A stretch of DNA of 63,994 nt, the filler included, from Sphacelaria rigidula (Eukaryota), in NCBI GenBank assembly GCA_964200075.2. It is 4 parts of 4 records of this genome, joined end to end, with 100 filler letters (N's around TTAATTAATTAA, not from the genome) between each part and the next. Parts side by side here need not be neighbours in the genome. Positions count along the whole stretch, not along the records: positions 1 to 16,007 come from CAXNAA020001522.1; 3 more parts are not named here. One strand, given 5' to 3'. Each line of letters starts with the position of its first letter. The stretch's first letter is position 1. Both the position numbers and the translations under genes were made by a program. The notes under the pieces are model-generated. The model was not told the DNA's origin. It did no database searches and worked only from the letters and a program-made list of their open reading frames with translations. Positions 1 to 12,430 of this stretch are shown piece by piece.

Positions 1-859
1 AGTCAGTCGCGCCAAGGCGAGCTTTGGATGGAGACAGTTTCAAATCGTGCGTACGTAGGCGAGAGAGAAATTCTCGTAGAGTGCGTATATGTGCAATAGG
101 TGAGGCGTCGAAAGCGATAGCGTCATCCCAGTACATGATGATATGCTCGAGGCCCTCGGTGACGCGTTGCGTTAAGCGTTGAAAGCATCCCGGGGCAGTG
201 GCGGCGCCTTGTGGCATGCGAAGCCACTCATAGAGTACGGACGAGGTGCAAAAAGCCGTCAGTGGGACTGTGTCAGAGTGTATAGCATTCTGAAAAAATC
301 CAAAAGCGAGGTCGAAGGTGCTGAATATTTTGCCTTCGCCTAAGGAGTCGAAGACTTCATCAATGGGAGGAATTGGAAGTTTGCCGACGACAGTGACGCG
401 GTTCAACCGTTAATAATTCACGGTGATGCATATGTTTCCATCCGTTTTGGGGACGACCACAAGTGGCGAGGCCCAAGGATAGGAGGAATGTTGGATTAGT
501 CCCGCTCCCAAATACGCATCCACGATGGCGTCAACTTTCTTGGTAAGGATTGGGTTGATACGGTTTGGCCGAGAAGAGATCGGCGAGACACCGGGTTGGA
601 GGGTAACCTCAAAGGGCAGTGTTTTGCAATGCCCAAGATCCGTCTTGGATCGGGAAAATTGGTCTTGGCATTGTAGCAGGACATCACTGAGTTCTTGGAT
701 GACTGCCGGTTCCCAGCCGGGCCCATGAAGGTCAAAATTGATGTCGCGCATGTGTGGCGGCAGTTGGTCCCACGTGTGCAAGAAACAATTCCGAGAATCT
801 GATGACAAGCGTTGAAGCACGTCAGCAGGAGGATCGGAATTTGACTGGGCAGGATCCAC
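1..859 (-). pseudogene. Reverse transcriptase domain of Gypsy element 1
   Basis: SSYPWASPLVVVPKTDGNICITVNY*RLN, FSTFDLAFGFFQ, TAFCTSSVLYEWLRMPQG and catalytic YWDD at 133-122. In-frame TAA at 412-410. Confidence 0.95.
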
Positions 860-1302
860 GGTGTGAACCCAGGTGGAGTAGCAGAGGCGAGATCGAAATA
901 GGGTTCATCGATACAATGTACTGACTCTGCCGGAGATGTGGTGTTTGGTGCGACAGGCTCTGTGACGCACGTCTCGAGTGGGATGTGCATCAGGGTAGCA
1001 GCGGCGATTCCTGAAACATCGCCGGCTTCCAAGTTAGCCTGTCTCGTAAGAGGGAGGAATTGTTGTCCCGCCGACACAAAATGTTCTATGTCGGCTGGTG
1101 CGCCAATACGGGATAACATTTCGGCAAGATAATGGCCCGTAAGTGCTGGCATGCCATTTCGGCGAACTAGTGCAACTTCAAGAAGTTGGGGGTCGTCGGA
1201 GGGTGTTATACCCACGCTACCGTTATATCGTAGATGGTAAGCAGCTCCGGTTGCTTGAGGATTCTTCTGATAAGCCAGGGCGCCGTGGAGAGTACCGAAG
1301 TT

Positions 1303-1782
1303 CTAGAGGTTGAATTCTCCACCCGGCGGGAAATGCGGCGTTAGAGGTGGAAGCGTGCGGTAGGTGTGTTTATTAAACCGTATAAAGCTATCTCTGCCCA
1401 ATAATATGGCGTAATGCATGGTGCTGTCGGGGACAACGTATGCCCATACTGCCAGGCTGGCCAATCGAGTGGTGTTGTGAAAGAATTGCACAGTGAGATG
1501 TACGGATTCACGAGTCGTCAGTGGCGCGGCCAAGTCACCGAAACCGCTCCACACGCGAGGTTTGGTGGTGGTTTCGCGAGCTGCAGTAGCAGCGCCAGTC
1601 TGTTTCATGTGTTTCCATGTTGATTCGCGAATAAACGTTTGCGGGCTGCCGCTGTCCAACAAGGATACGCATTTCGTAGGCGTGATAGCGTTTGGACCGG
1701 CATGGATCGCAACGCGAGTAGTAAAAGTGGTCGGGTCGACAGACACTTTGCCGCCGACAAGATCCGGACCGTGTTCCGGCAA
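1303..1782 (-). pseudogene. Retropepsin (aspartic protease) domain of Gypsy element 1
   Basis: LLDSGSPQTFI catalytic motif and C-terminal ILLGRDSF motif. Confidence 0.92.
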
Positions 1783-3245
1783 GGTAAACTAGTCAGGATC
1801 AGCGGGGCTGGCAGCAAAAACGCACGTCGGATGATCCGGCGGTGGGTCAGATGTCTCACCAGAGAAGGGGTGGACGGTATATTATTTCCAGGTGTGGCAC
1901 GGTCATTGACGATTTCGTAAGTTATCGTCTTTGGTTGACAGGGATCACCGTCAAAGGGGGATCCAGGACGTGCGGGGCTGGAGCCGTCGATTGAAGAAGT
2001 AGTGCCGTCAGAATCATGTGATTTTGTTTCTTCCGGGATACTTGATAAAGCCTTCGAGCTCAAAGTCGTCGCATTTGGAGAGATTGAGGTCGAGGATTTC
2101 CGCTCGAAGGAGGTGTACGTAATGATGCGCGCGCGTCCTTGGGGGCATGCTTACGGGGCTTTCTCTTTCGCCGTGACAAAGGTCGGGGAACTTCCAAAAC
2201 ATTTGGGGATGAAACCACAACTGCGTCCAGTTGCGTGGATGGGGTCAGCATCGGGGCATGATGGAGAGAAACTTGTGGGCTGCTTTCCGTAGGCAAGTTT
2301 GGTTGTTGGGGCATAGCCGAAGGTATGTTGTGGCGGTTGTTTATAAAGCCGGCCGAAGGTAGGTCCGTGCGTCTTGAAAATCGCGAGGAAGGAGCCCGAT
2401 CGAACTGATTAGGAACTACATGATCCGATGTGGTCAGGTTCAAATCATCAACACTTGGGTCAGCTGAAAAAGGCTTGCTGCTAGCTGGGCGTGCGGTCGC
2501 TGAGGGAAGCCGTTGCGTCAGGGACTGGCGGTTGGTCTTCCCACACCTTAGACTTATACGCGGTACTGAAGGACCAAGTTCAGTGCCAGGTGTAGATCTG
2601 AGTCGCGGGGTGACCCAACTGTTACGCGGTGTGTGGAGGGATGAAGTCGGGGGTCGATTTGAACGACCGTCAGATGCACTCCTGCATAGTGCCGGGAGAG
2701 CCGGGCGGACAATCTTAGTCCCGGGCTGTGTGGGCTGTGTGGAAAATTGTGTGGAGGTTCGAGACGGGGGTCGATGTGAACGGCCGTCAGTTACGCTCCT
2801 GGATTGTGCCGGGGCAGTCGAGTCAGCAAAGTTTTGACACGGACTCCGCGGGCTGTGTTGAAAAAGTCTTTGCTCGTACAATCAACGGCGTGGAAGACCG
2901 AAGAACGCCGGCGTCGGCACATCACGGATCTAAGCGATCCGAAGTGAAGATACCAGGGTTTCTGGTGTTGGGATTAGAACTTTGGGTCGGTTCCGTCCGC
3001 TGGTGTTTATCAGCGGAACGTTTGTTGTCGCGAGAATTTTGATCGTTCTGGCGAGGGCTTCCGTGATTGTTGGTGTGTCGGCGACCGCGATTAGAGCTCT
3101 TGTTGCCACGGTGGTTCGAATTGTTGCGGTGATTTCGAGTTGGTGGACGATAATCGCGCATGCGTTTTTGCCATGGGCGCCACGCGGGTTCATTGTCCTA
3201 CAATTCAGGGTTCATGAGATCAAAGGCATCGATGCATGGACTGTC

Positions 3246-3287
3246 ACAGTCACGCATGCTGTGGCCTTGAACACTACAGTTGATGCA
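3246..3287 (-). other. Gag nucleocapsid zinc knuckle CX2CX4HX4C
   Basis: Manual translation gives CINCSVQGHSMRDC, in the same frame as ORF 3501..4082. It is not shown in the ORF track. Confidence 0.9.
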
Positions 3288-6200
3288 ACTGTTGGCATGA
3301 CTGCTGAAGGTATTGCGTCTAGCGGAAGACGAAAGAAGTGGGTTTCACAAATGGGGGTCATCGGTTATGAATGCCGTTGTTGAAGTCAGATAAACATCAC
3401 CCCAAGTTTCCTCGGAAAACGGCCAACCGTCAAAACTCGCGCTAAATGCATCTCTGGTACTCTGAATATGCATAACTGAACCGGCGACTGAGCCCGGGGT
3501 TCATGAAGCGCGAGACGAGCTTGAATTCCTTTCGCGAGCCCCTTGGGCATGAGCGGAGGACACAACCGTAGGTTGTGAACGCACAGAAGTTGAAGGTTTA
3601 CCACGTATGGCAAGCGTTAGGTTACCCTCTTGGTGTACAAAACCAGACCACATAGTGTCAACGGAGGCGTAAAGCACCTCGTGATACGCCAAGACACCCG
3701 GAAACAACGACGGCATGAGAGCCGGATACTGTTGAGCAACGCTATTACGAATGTAAGTCTGACACATTGCGTCACTCGGTCCGTTCTGACGTCCGACTCC
3801 CGTTGTACCCGAAACCAAAAGCTTAAATTCGCGGAGATAGTCCGCGAAAGGGACATCAGAGGCGACAACAAAGGGGCTCAGCCTCTGGATGGCACTAGCC
3901 TGGTCACTTTTATCGAAGTAACCGATCAGAAGCCTCTCTGAATCAGATAGTATTACCGGGCCTGTCTTCCCCTTTGCACGATCCGGGTCCATCTCGGCGA
4001 GGAATCCGTCGAGAACCTGCGTCAGAGAAGCAGCGAGGTCGGGAGAGCGACGGCTGATCGATCGATGCATTGCTTTGTGCAAGGGATCTGCCAGCCCTCT
4101 ACCCAGTCGGAATCTTCGAAACGTTGTGTGCCAGTCATATCCGCCAAGTGAAAGATGTTACAAACAGTGCGGCAGATTGACGTGATGAGGGCAGAAGTAA
4201 ACTGGCCCGAATCTTCGTCATCCGCGGCAGGCATGGTTTTGATGTGCCAGAGTTTTTTTCGCATCCATCTGAATATACTGTCTTTGTATAACAGCTACTC
4301 GGGCAGACTCAGTTTTATCGGAAGCTACTTTTTTACTAGCTTCCGAACGTTCTTTGTCAGCCGCGGCGGTTGCTAAAGCGCGGGTTGCAGTAGAAGACAA
4401 AGGACGGTCAGGTGTATCCGTCTCGGACAAACCTAAAATGCGGACCGAAATATCAGCCAACTTAGGAACCACTTGCCTGGGGGCCTCCGAGCCCGAGGCG
4501 GGAAGAGCTGCACCGGGCCGGTTCCAGGCCGATGCAGATGATCCGGAAGAGTTACCTCCAGTGTGCTTGCCTTTCGGCTTGCGGGGCGGGCGGTTCCGTC
4601 CGGAACTGCTTGAAGGAGATCCTCCACCGCCATGGCGGCGGCGTGAATTTCCTCCATCGGTATCATCATCGTCGCGCCGGTGATTTTTATTCTGTCCCCG
4701 GCAGTTGGATGTTGCGGGAGTCCACCCATCTTCATCTTCGTCTCCGTTGAGGGTAGCGCCGGGATGAGTGTGTTAGGCAGCGCGAAGCGCCGCAAATCGT
4801 TCCTCGACCGCTTTAACGTAAGTGTGATGATCCCGGTGATCGCCAACGGTAGTCTGCAAAACTAGTTGGCCCAAGGTGAGCATCGAGACGCCTGCCTTGG
4901 GGAGGAAGCCGTTTTGTTCGACATACACCCCAACCATGTAAAAAATACGTTGGGATATCAAGGCCCATGCGGTTGGGGAGCAGTGCAGGTGGTTTCGCCG
5001 GTCGAAGGGACCGGTATAGGTCAACACAGAACGAGAAAGCCATTCTCGATTGTGAGACACCAGTCGCAAGTTCGGTGAAGAAGCTGTGTGCAGCACCGAG
5101 CCAACTCCGTGACGCGGCGGTTTCGGAGGCGTCGTGGCGGCGGCAGCCGCCGCAACAGGCGACGTCCTGTTGGACTTGCGAGGAATGACATACGTCGCTC
5201 TGCTGGACGCCGGCAGATGGGGCCTGAGCAAGTTGTCGGTGGAAGGCGAAGCGGCTTGATGATCAGTTAGGCGGGCCGCCGACGAAGCCGCAGCTTGGGC
5301 GGTCCGCTGAACAAGATCTTCGAGTTGACGAACCCGTAATTAAGCCGCCGTAGCCGCAGTACGGCCTTCGTCGAGCGCTCGTTGAGCCGCCGTGCTCGTG
5401 GATTGAGCAAGGGAGGCCTGCCGCTGGAGATCCTTGAGAGTACTCGCTTACTCCTCCAGAAGGAGATGGGCAGCAGCGGTGTCAGCGTCGCGTTGTTTGC
5501 CGAGGATGTTTTGCGTCAGCGCAGGCTCCTGCGACTCATAGTCAGCGATGAGTTGTTGCTGTTCTGGGCGTGGTCGGTTGGTGAACAGGCGTAAGGTTAG
5601 GCCGGTGGGGCAGTGCTCATCGCCAAGCGGAGGGAGAACCTCCACGGATGAGGGAGGGCGCACAGGGGCCGTGGTGGAGCCGCTATCGGCATCCGTGTCG
5701 ATAGCAGGCGGAGCGGCGGCGGTTGTATGAGCCGGCGCAGGGGCGGCCGCAGGCGCAGCAGTCGTGGTAGCGGCAGCAGTAGCTGCGGGAGCGCGAATGG
5801 TCTTGCTGGCAGTAGCGGTAGTGCGTTGGGCGTTCATAGTTGCTGTCGCGAGTTGCCGTTCGAGATCTATCAAACGTTGTTGCAGAGAACGAATAAGCGC
5901 AGCGTCGGAACGGGACGGTGGTTCGCAGTCAGTGCCTTGTCGTCGGTTGTGCGATGAGGTGCGGTCGGATCCTGCAAGTGAGGATTCCGGAGCCGGTGAC
6001 ATGTCGGAAAGTATGTTTTGGATATCGTCAGCATGTACAGTGTTATCATTGCGTACATAACGGTTGTGTGACAGAGGTGCATGATCGGAGTTGTTCAAGC
6101 GCGAGTTAACGCGCGAAGAATTTGATCTGGGCCGCAAGGCATCCTCGTGAGTACGGCCATGGTTAGTGTTCACCGGGCGCTTAGGAGCGCGGGATGAATT

Positions 6201-7380
6201 GGAACTATGGCGTGAACTACCTTCATATTTGTGTCCATGAGCGATATTTTTCGGACGTGTGGAAGCGCGCGATGAATTCAAGCTTTACCGGGAGTGGCCC
6301 TTAGAACTGCTAGAACGGGAGACATGGTCATGACCAAGTCTCGGTGTGCGGCGCCGGTCAGAAACGCGAGTATGGCTCTGCTGCGACGTTAAGGAAGGGC
6401 CGGACTCATGTTCGTTGAATTCATCATGAGTGACGAACGGAGGACGCGATGTCGCCGAACGGGTCGCCAGACGAACGGGTTTGGGAGTGGCAGGTGCAGA
6501 ATCATCATTGAATTGCACATGAGCAGACGCAGACTGATCTTGGAGCGTGGCGTGGCAAAAAGCCGTAAATGCCTCGATAAGAGCTGGCGCTGGCGATGGC
6601 GATGACGCCGAGGAAGAGCGATGCAGAGTTTGCATGGCAGCATGCATGGCCGCAACTGCAGGTCTGACATTGGACTGCACAGGAGGGCGAATGGGACTAT
6701 CAAGAGTCGTGCGAAGGGGGTCCGTGGTTGTCAGCCGTAAGGCGACGGGGTGCCACGATTGAAGCAACCGTGACAGGGCCGAGTTGGACATGTGTGTCCA
6801 GGGGCAACTACTCGACTGAGGGCACAATCCTAACTCCGGATTCCACATTGGGATTCGGGAGAGCAGGGGCCAGCGAGGAGTGTGCGACGGAATCCACCGT
6901 TATGGGCTCACTGACATGCGCGTCAGGAACCAATGACTCGGCCAGTGGCACTACCATGTTCGCTGAGTCCGGGTCGGAACGTGGTCTCGGCGTCAAAGTC
7001 TGGTCTTCAAGCCTTGAAGAATGAGCTTCGCTCGAATGTTGGCCTTCAGATCCCGACGAACGAACAGCGCTCGCGTACGTGCGGCGATGTGTTGAAGTTG
7101 GCGTGCCGCTCATCTTGAAAGATTTCGAACCGCCAGTAGTTTGGCTCTAGATCCGGCGAAGCGGTTGATTTCGCAAATGAGGGGAAGAGCCATCGTTATT
7201 TCTGTGCGACATGATAATCGTACGCAGCTTTGTGCTTCAAAAAGGAGGTGCAGTATGTCTGATCTGCGGGCTTTAATCAAAGGAGCGTGACGCCAAGAGA
7301 TGCTAAGTGCAAAAGCCAAAGCTTGTATCCGGAAATACTGGATAAGGAAGCCTAATAGCGCCGGAGGGGACCGTGGGACC

Positions 7381-7629
7381 TGATTGACTTCAGTAATTTA
7401 TTCAAGCAAATTGTGGTTTGTAACAACTATGTCCGGGGTCTGATTAGTACAACTTTATTCAAGTTGTGGCGGTAATAGCTAGCACGGGGATGTGCACAGA
7501 ACAGACGTATGTCGTCGAAGACAAGCGAAGACCCGATTGTCTGTAGCAGCGTTGGTACGTGGAAGAACAACTTAGACGTATTCCAGATGTTACGTCACGG
7601 GCAGACTATAACTGTATGATCCCAGCACA
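7381..7629 (-). repeat. Candidate 5' LTR of Gypsy element 1
   Basis: Non-coding segment upstream of the gag start, reading TGTGCTGGG...GTCAATCA on the minus strand, with two AATAAA signals (7397-7402, 7454-7459). The partner LTR is outside the window, so boundaries are unverified. Confidence 0.3.
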
Positions 7630-9063
7630 AGTTGAGGAACGGCTGGCGGTGTGCAAATGAAAAAAACTAAAGATATATATATATATTCTCAGATGTGCAC
7701 GAAAACTGTGCAGCGTAAGGCAGCACAAAAGCTTTCACAAAGCTTGGGTTGTAGACCGCGAACTCGGACTGCGTAGTGCAGAGCGAAGGCTTGTTATCCG
7801 ACGAAGTTGGGACAACGTATGTATGCGGAACAAAGGTGATGTGATGCACAACAGGGGCAACGCTGACAGCGGGTGCCGAAAACTTTGTAGTGCACAGGCA
7901 AGGGGCACCGATTTCGAGTGCTGTCTGTTCAAATGAGCACGTAACGGAGGTTGAAATGTTTCAACTAGTAGTATTTCAACGAAACCGTCTCGGAACAATG
8001 AACTGGTGTTCTGTACAAACGTGTGCTAGAAGACTTATTCTGTAGAAGGAAAGGGGGCCACAAGGCCAAATACACGAGCCGACAATGGCTTGGTGCGGTG
8101 GTCGAGCCGGGCTGATGAATCACGAAAAGATTCACAGCCGTGTAGGCGAAACTGATACCGTGGGGTCTTGTGCAGGTGATGTCAAACTGACAGCACGGCA
8201 ATAATAGCAAGCGGTGCGCGTTGACCCCACGTTGGCCACACAAGATGTGCCGTCGAGCGCTACAGCAATTTCAAGTAGCAGGGCACGAATACACTTGACC
8301 GAGAGACACGCGGGGCAGAAGCTCGAGAGCTACTGACTACCTGGGCTGGAGATTTGACTCAAACTGTCTTGAAGGGAAAACGAGGCAAATGATCAAAAAG
8401 CTGGAGTACACAGCTGGCCGCTAGGTATACAAATCGGTACAAGAAAGAAACGCGATAGCCAAAGAAGAATCTCCTTAGTCAAACGCCAACATAATAAAGA
8501 GCAAGCGGCAGTATAATGCAAGGACACAGGTTGGAGTCCAAGGTACAGGCTCACAAGGCCAGCGCGCAACAATCAGGCTGGCACAGCTCTGTATACTGCT
8601 GAACACAGCTCAACACAATATCAGACGAGGCTCACGCGAATAGGTTCTTCACTTCTCTCTTGATTATCTTGATTCTAACTCCAGTACCCACTCAATCAGT
8701 CCGATTCAACCCAATGCGTCTCACCGATAGTTAGACTTCTTTGCTGGAGGGCAATAGAGGAGCAGTTGATAGTGTGGAGGATAGGCCAGCTATATCGTTT
8801 CCAGCTGATCTATCTCGCCATCTTTTACCGATATACAAGCTCATATTCGTACCCGACCAACTCTGAACAGACCTGTAGTCTTGTCTACCGGAACAAAAGC
8901 AAGCCATGGCCAGAGTCGACAACGGGTGTGAAGCGGTATCAACAGACTAATATGCGTCTTCATGACATGCTCCCTTCCGCATGAACCTATAGCGTTTGTT
9001 CAACGGGCGGTGGTTGTACAGCATTTCTACCCAATACAACATTATTGACACTGGAAAATGGTG

Positions 9064-9190
9064 CAAATCAACTTCCCGTTCCTACGTAACAAATAGTATA
9101 CCTTTCCAGTGTGTCTAATACATGGCCGCTAATTTACCTCCTCGACTTCGAACTAATTGATGGCCCGAGATGCGATCCACCACCACACGC
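9064..9190 (-). pseudogene. Chromodomain-like C-terminus of the integrase of element 2
   Basis: VVDRISGHQLVRSRGGKLAAMY*THWKGILFVT*EREVDL matches the chromo pattern (V/I-x-x-I...Y-x-x-x-WKG...WE-x-x-x-L) with two stops. Confidence 0.65.
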
Positions 9191-9356
9191 TCAAGAGGTC
9201 CGTTGGCATCTCCAACCGTCATGTGGTAGGGCGGAGCTTTGGCCGCATAACTGGTGAGCACGTACTGACTGAGCCCCATTGACAATTGTTTGGACATGTC
9301 AGTTGCGTCATGTGGGGGCAGACACGGTTCACACCTAAAGCATCGAAACTCGGTTT

Positions 9357-9599
9357 GACACTTTCTACGATAGCCCCACCCCCAAAAGTGCATGATTTTG
9401 GGAGGCAAAATCTAAACATAAATCGAAATGGGAAGAGCCGAACACAGCGACTGAAACTCCTACGCTTGGGTTTGTTCTAGCCAATGTCGTCAATTTGAGG
9501 CGCTTCATGCAGCCTGGACCCAACATCAGGCGCTGTATGGCCATTTGACTCGTGACGCGTTTTGGCTGGTTTTAGGGGGGGGCTACCGTAGAAAGTGTC
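9357..9599. mobile_element. MITE copy A (243 bp)
   Basis: TIRs GACACTTTCTACGATAGCCCC / GGGGCTACCGTAGAAAGTGTC, flanked by GTTT on both sides (9353-9356, 9600-9603). It interrupts the integrase C-terminal region. Confidence 0.9.
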
Positions 9600-12189
9600 G
9601 TTTGGGGGTTTGGCGCCAGGTTCATCCGTGGGAAAATCCAAATACAAAAGTTTCTCGCCTACCGGACTATCGTCAGGTGCGGTATCACAAGGCCCAACCG
9701 CCAAGATTTTCCAAGGACCATTCCAATTCAAGGATAGTTTTGACTTCAACACCTTATGCAACGAAGAAGTTTTGGAGCTAGTCCCTTGAGTGACGGTTTT
9801 CACATCGCTGTACACCCATGCCCATTGACTACTTTCTACACCGGATGGTTATACCGATCCGTAAACAACAAAATGTATTTGTTGTCACCATCAGTAAGGG
9901 TCAATGGACGAAAGTAGTGCCATGAGACTATTTCGCCAGGCTTGTTTGGAAGTGGCATGGCGGTTACTAGACATCGAACTGTTTGGCGTGAAGTTTTGCG
10001 TGCTCGACAAAAATACAACGATGCACCCACCTACGTACACACTGATCCATACAAATGAACAAAACAAAAATGCTCACGCATCTGGGAGGTCCTAGCGACT
10101 CCTAGATGTGTGGGTGCTGCGAATAACATCCATGTAGAACCCATGGACGCAGAAAAATCGGAACATAACTTCGTGTGAGATCATAACCTAACAAGCAGGC
10201 ATGTTGACCTGTAGATTTCCTCAAACGAAGGGGCGCTGTGGGCCGGTGAACTAAAAAGACGATGCCGTCATCATCCGTATAGAGCTTACCTCTCGCGATG
10301 GCTCAGTGACTTCATCTTGTGTGTTGGGCTTTGGGGTTCCCGACGGGCAAGAGGAATTCAGTTGCTGAAAAAGGGCACGAGCATACTTTGAATAAATAAT
10401 GCATAGCCACTCTACAAGCAGGTTCAGCTTGTCGTTCCCGGGCCCAATCGGCGTGGGAGAAAAGGGTCAAACGTCCCTGAAACACACTATCTGACGGAGT
10501 GTCCAAAATGTAGGGGTTCGGGGTGTTGACTCGAAACAAGGATATTTGGATCAGGGGCAGGGTGATCAGTTGGTGCATCTTCAAGCGGAACGTTGTCCTC
10601 GACTCCTACGTCGACTAGCGTGTCGGATGGTGTGACATCGGTGGTGACACCAGCACCGGAAAAGGGGAGCGCAGCCGAAGCTTCGGCTAAGGGGGGCAGG
10701 GGTGCCGTGGATGGGTTCGATTTTCTGGGGGGCCTTGCGCCGCGGTGCGTGAGTGGGCGCAAGGAAAGTATCGTGCGCCGGGATGGCGGTCGGGATGGGA
10801 AGGTCCGGGCCAGACGCCGCCAGGGTGGCGGCTGTCTCGGCGGCCCGTCGCCCTCGGGTTCTACTCGAGATGAGATCTCGAGTTTAAACCGGTAGGACGA
10901 AGTCAGTACAAGACGGGTCTACATCTGCAGTACAAACCATTCGATGATGCACGGAATTGATCATACCCATTTGTATGTGTAATACTTCCACTCCAGACTG
11001 AACACAACGATCGTGGTGGCATACTGCCAAGTACAGAAGCGTGAGCTGTAGTTGTCGGCCCACCAAAGCCAAGTGCCGAGCTGTGGCTCAGTGGGAGTGG
11101 CGTGTAGAGTCCGGTATGGCCGTTCCTGCTAATGAAATTTACAATGTCTTCGGTAGGATTTGTGATGCGTCCCAACGCGGAGCTATCGATGGGTTGAGCC
11201 GGTATGAGCAAGCGAGATAGAAAATCAGCGTTTGCGTTATGAGGTCCTGCTCGGTACTTCAGCGTGAAGTTGTAAGAGGACACAATTTCAAACCAGCGTT
11301 GAATCCGGGCGTTGTGTTCCTCCATTTTGGCGAGGTTTCCCAAAGACTAATGATTTGTATGAATCACAAACGGAATGTCATACGAGTACTGACGAAGTCG
11401 TTGCACACCCCAAACAATCGCGCCGGCCTCTTCCTCCATGACCAACCAGTTATGTTCGTTTGGGTAGGCGATTCGACTCAAATATATAATGGGGCGAACA
11501 TTAGTATCTGTTTGTTCCTCTTCCAACGTGTAGCCGAACTCAATTTTGCAGGAATCCATGTGAAGTCGGCATTGGTGTGAGCCATTTTCAGCGGCTGACC
11601 AGTCTGGAAAAAACAAGATTGGTGGGCACGAAAGTGTGTCAGGCAGTTGACATACGGTTTTCTCCATATCCGACGTAAACACGATTTTTACTCCATTTTT
11701 GAGGAGTAATATGAGGGGTTTGAGCGTTTGAGCTAGGTTCGGCAAATACTGTCGGTCATAGCTCAAACCGCCAAGCAAGGAGCGCGTATCCCGTGGCATG
11801 GGCATATTCGTAAGTGCCAACCCTGTTGGGGTTTGGGCTACGACCTTTAGGGGAGATGCAGTGGCCTAGGAACTCGATTCTAGTCGCTTCAGTGTGGAAT
11901 TTGGACGGGGCGAGCTTGAAGTTGTGTTGTTTAAGCGAGCGAAGAAGGACGCCGAGTGCTCGACATGTTCGGAAGTGTGCTATCGTGTATTACCGCATCG
12001 TCAGGATACACATGGCACTTGAACAATCCATCAATCACACGAAACATCACAGTTGAAACGCCCTTGGGGCGCCCGCGGCACCTTGTGGTGCTACCAGCCA
12101 TTCGTACAGGCCTGACGGTGTACAAAACGCCGTCAGTTCTATAGATTGCGGGTCCATCAGAAGTTTGTGGTAAGCTGATGTGAAGAGAG

Positions 12190-12430
12190 GACACTTTCTA
12201 CGATAGCCCCCCCCCGAAAAAAAACAAAAACAGCCCAAAAGTGTTACAAAAAAAATGTCCATACAGCGCCTGGTGTTTAGGTTCAGGCTGCATGAAGCAC
12301 CTCATATGGGCGACATTGGCAAGAACGAACAGCTGCTCGTTGTGCCTGGCCTTTTCCATTTCGATTTACGTGAAGATTTCGCCTCCCCAAACCCGTCACT
12401 TTTTTGGGAAGGGCTATCGTAGAAAGTGTC
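12190..12430. mobile_element. MITE copy B (241 bp), same family as A, opposite orientation
   Basis: Same TIR GACACTTTCTACGATAGCCC. The internal sequence aligns to the reverse complement of copy A (e.g. CAGGCTGCATGAAGC). Flanks are AGAG / GGAG. Confidence 0.88.

Larger units (their letters stand above)
1..7113 (-). mobile_element. Ty3/Gypsy LTR retrotransposon 1, degenerate gag-pol (runs off window start)
   Basis: Collinear minus-strand ORF pieces, mostly in one frame, broken by stops and frameshifts. Order: long low-complexity N-terminus (7113-4270), Gag-like core (4264-3501), CCHC knuckle (3287-3246), protease (1782-1303), RT (859-1). Confidence 0.93.
9030..12189 (-). mobile_element. Ty3/Gypsy element 2, heavily decayed pol (RT, RNase H, integrase, chromodomain)
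   Basis: RT: SAYHKLLMDPQSIELTAFCTPSGLYEWLVAPQGAAGAP and YPDD. Connector: RSLLGGLSY. RNase H: LHMDSC, RPIIYLSR, EAGAIVWGVQRLRQY, THN, RIQRWFEIVSSYNFTLKYRAGPHNANADFLSR. Integrase: KYILLFTDRY and KLSLNWNGPWKI (GPY/F-like). 12431-~14900 may be its decayed gag but is not recognisable. Confidence 0.9.

Noticed and set aside
8960..8980. Polypurine tract plus TGT start of a 3' LTR for element 2
   Set aside because: GGAAGGGAGCA lies in the reading frame continuing from the chromodomain (RFMRKGAC), and no second LTR is available to confirm it.
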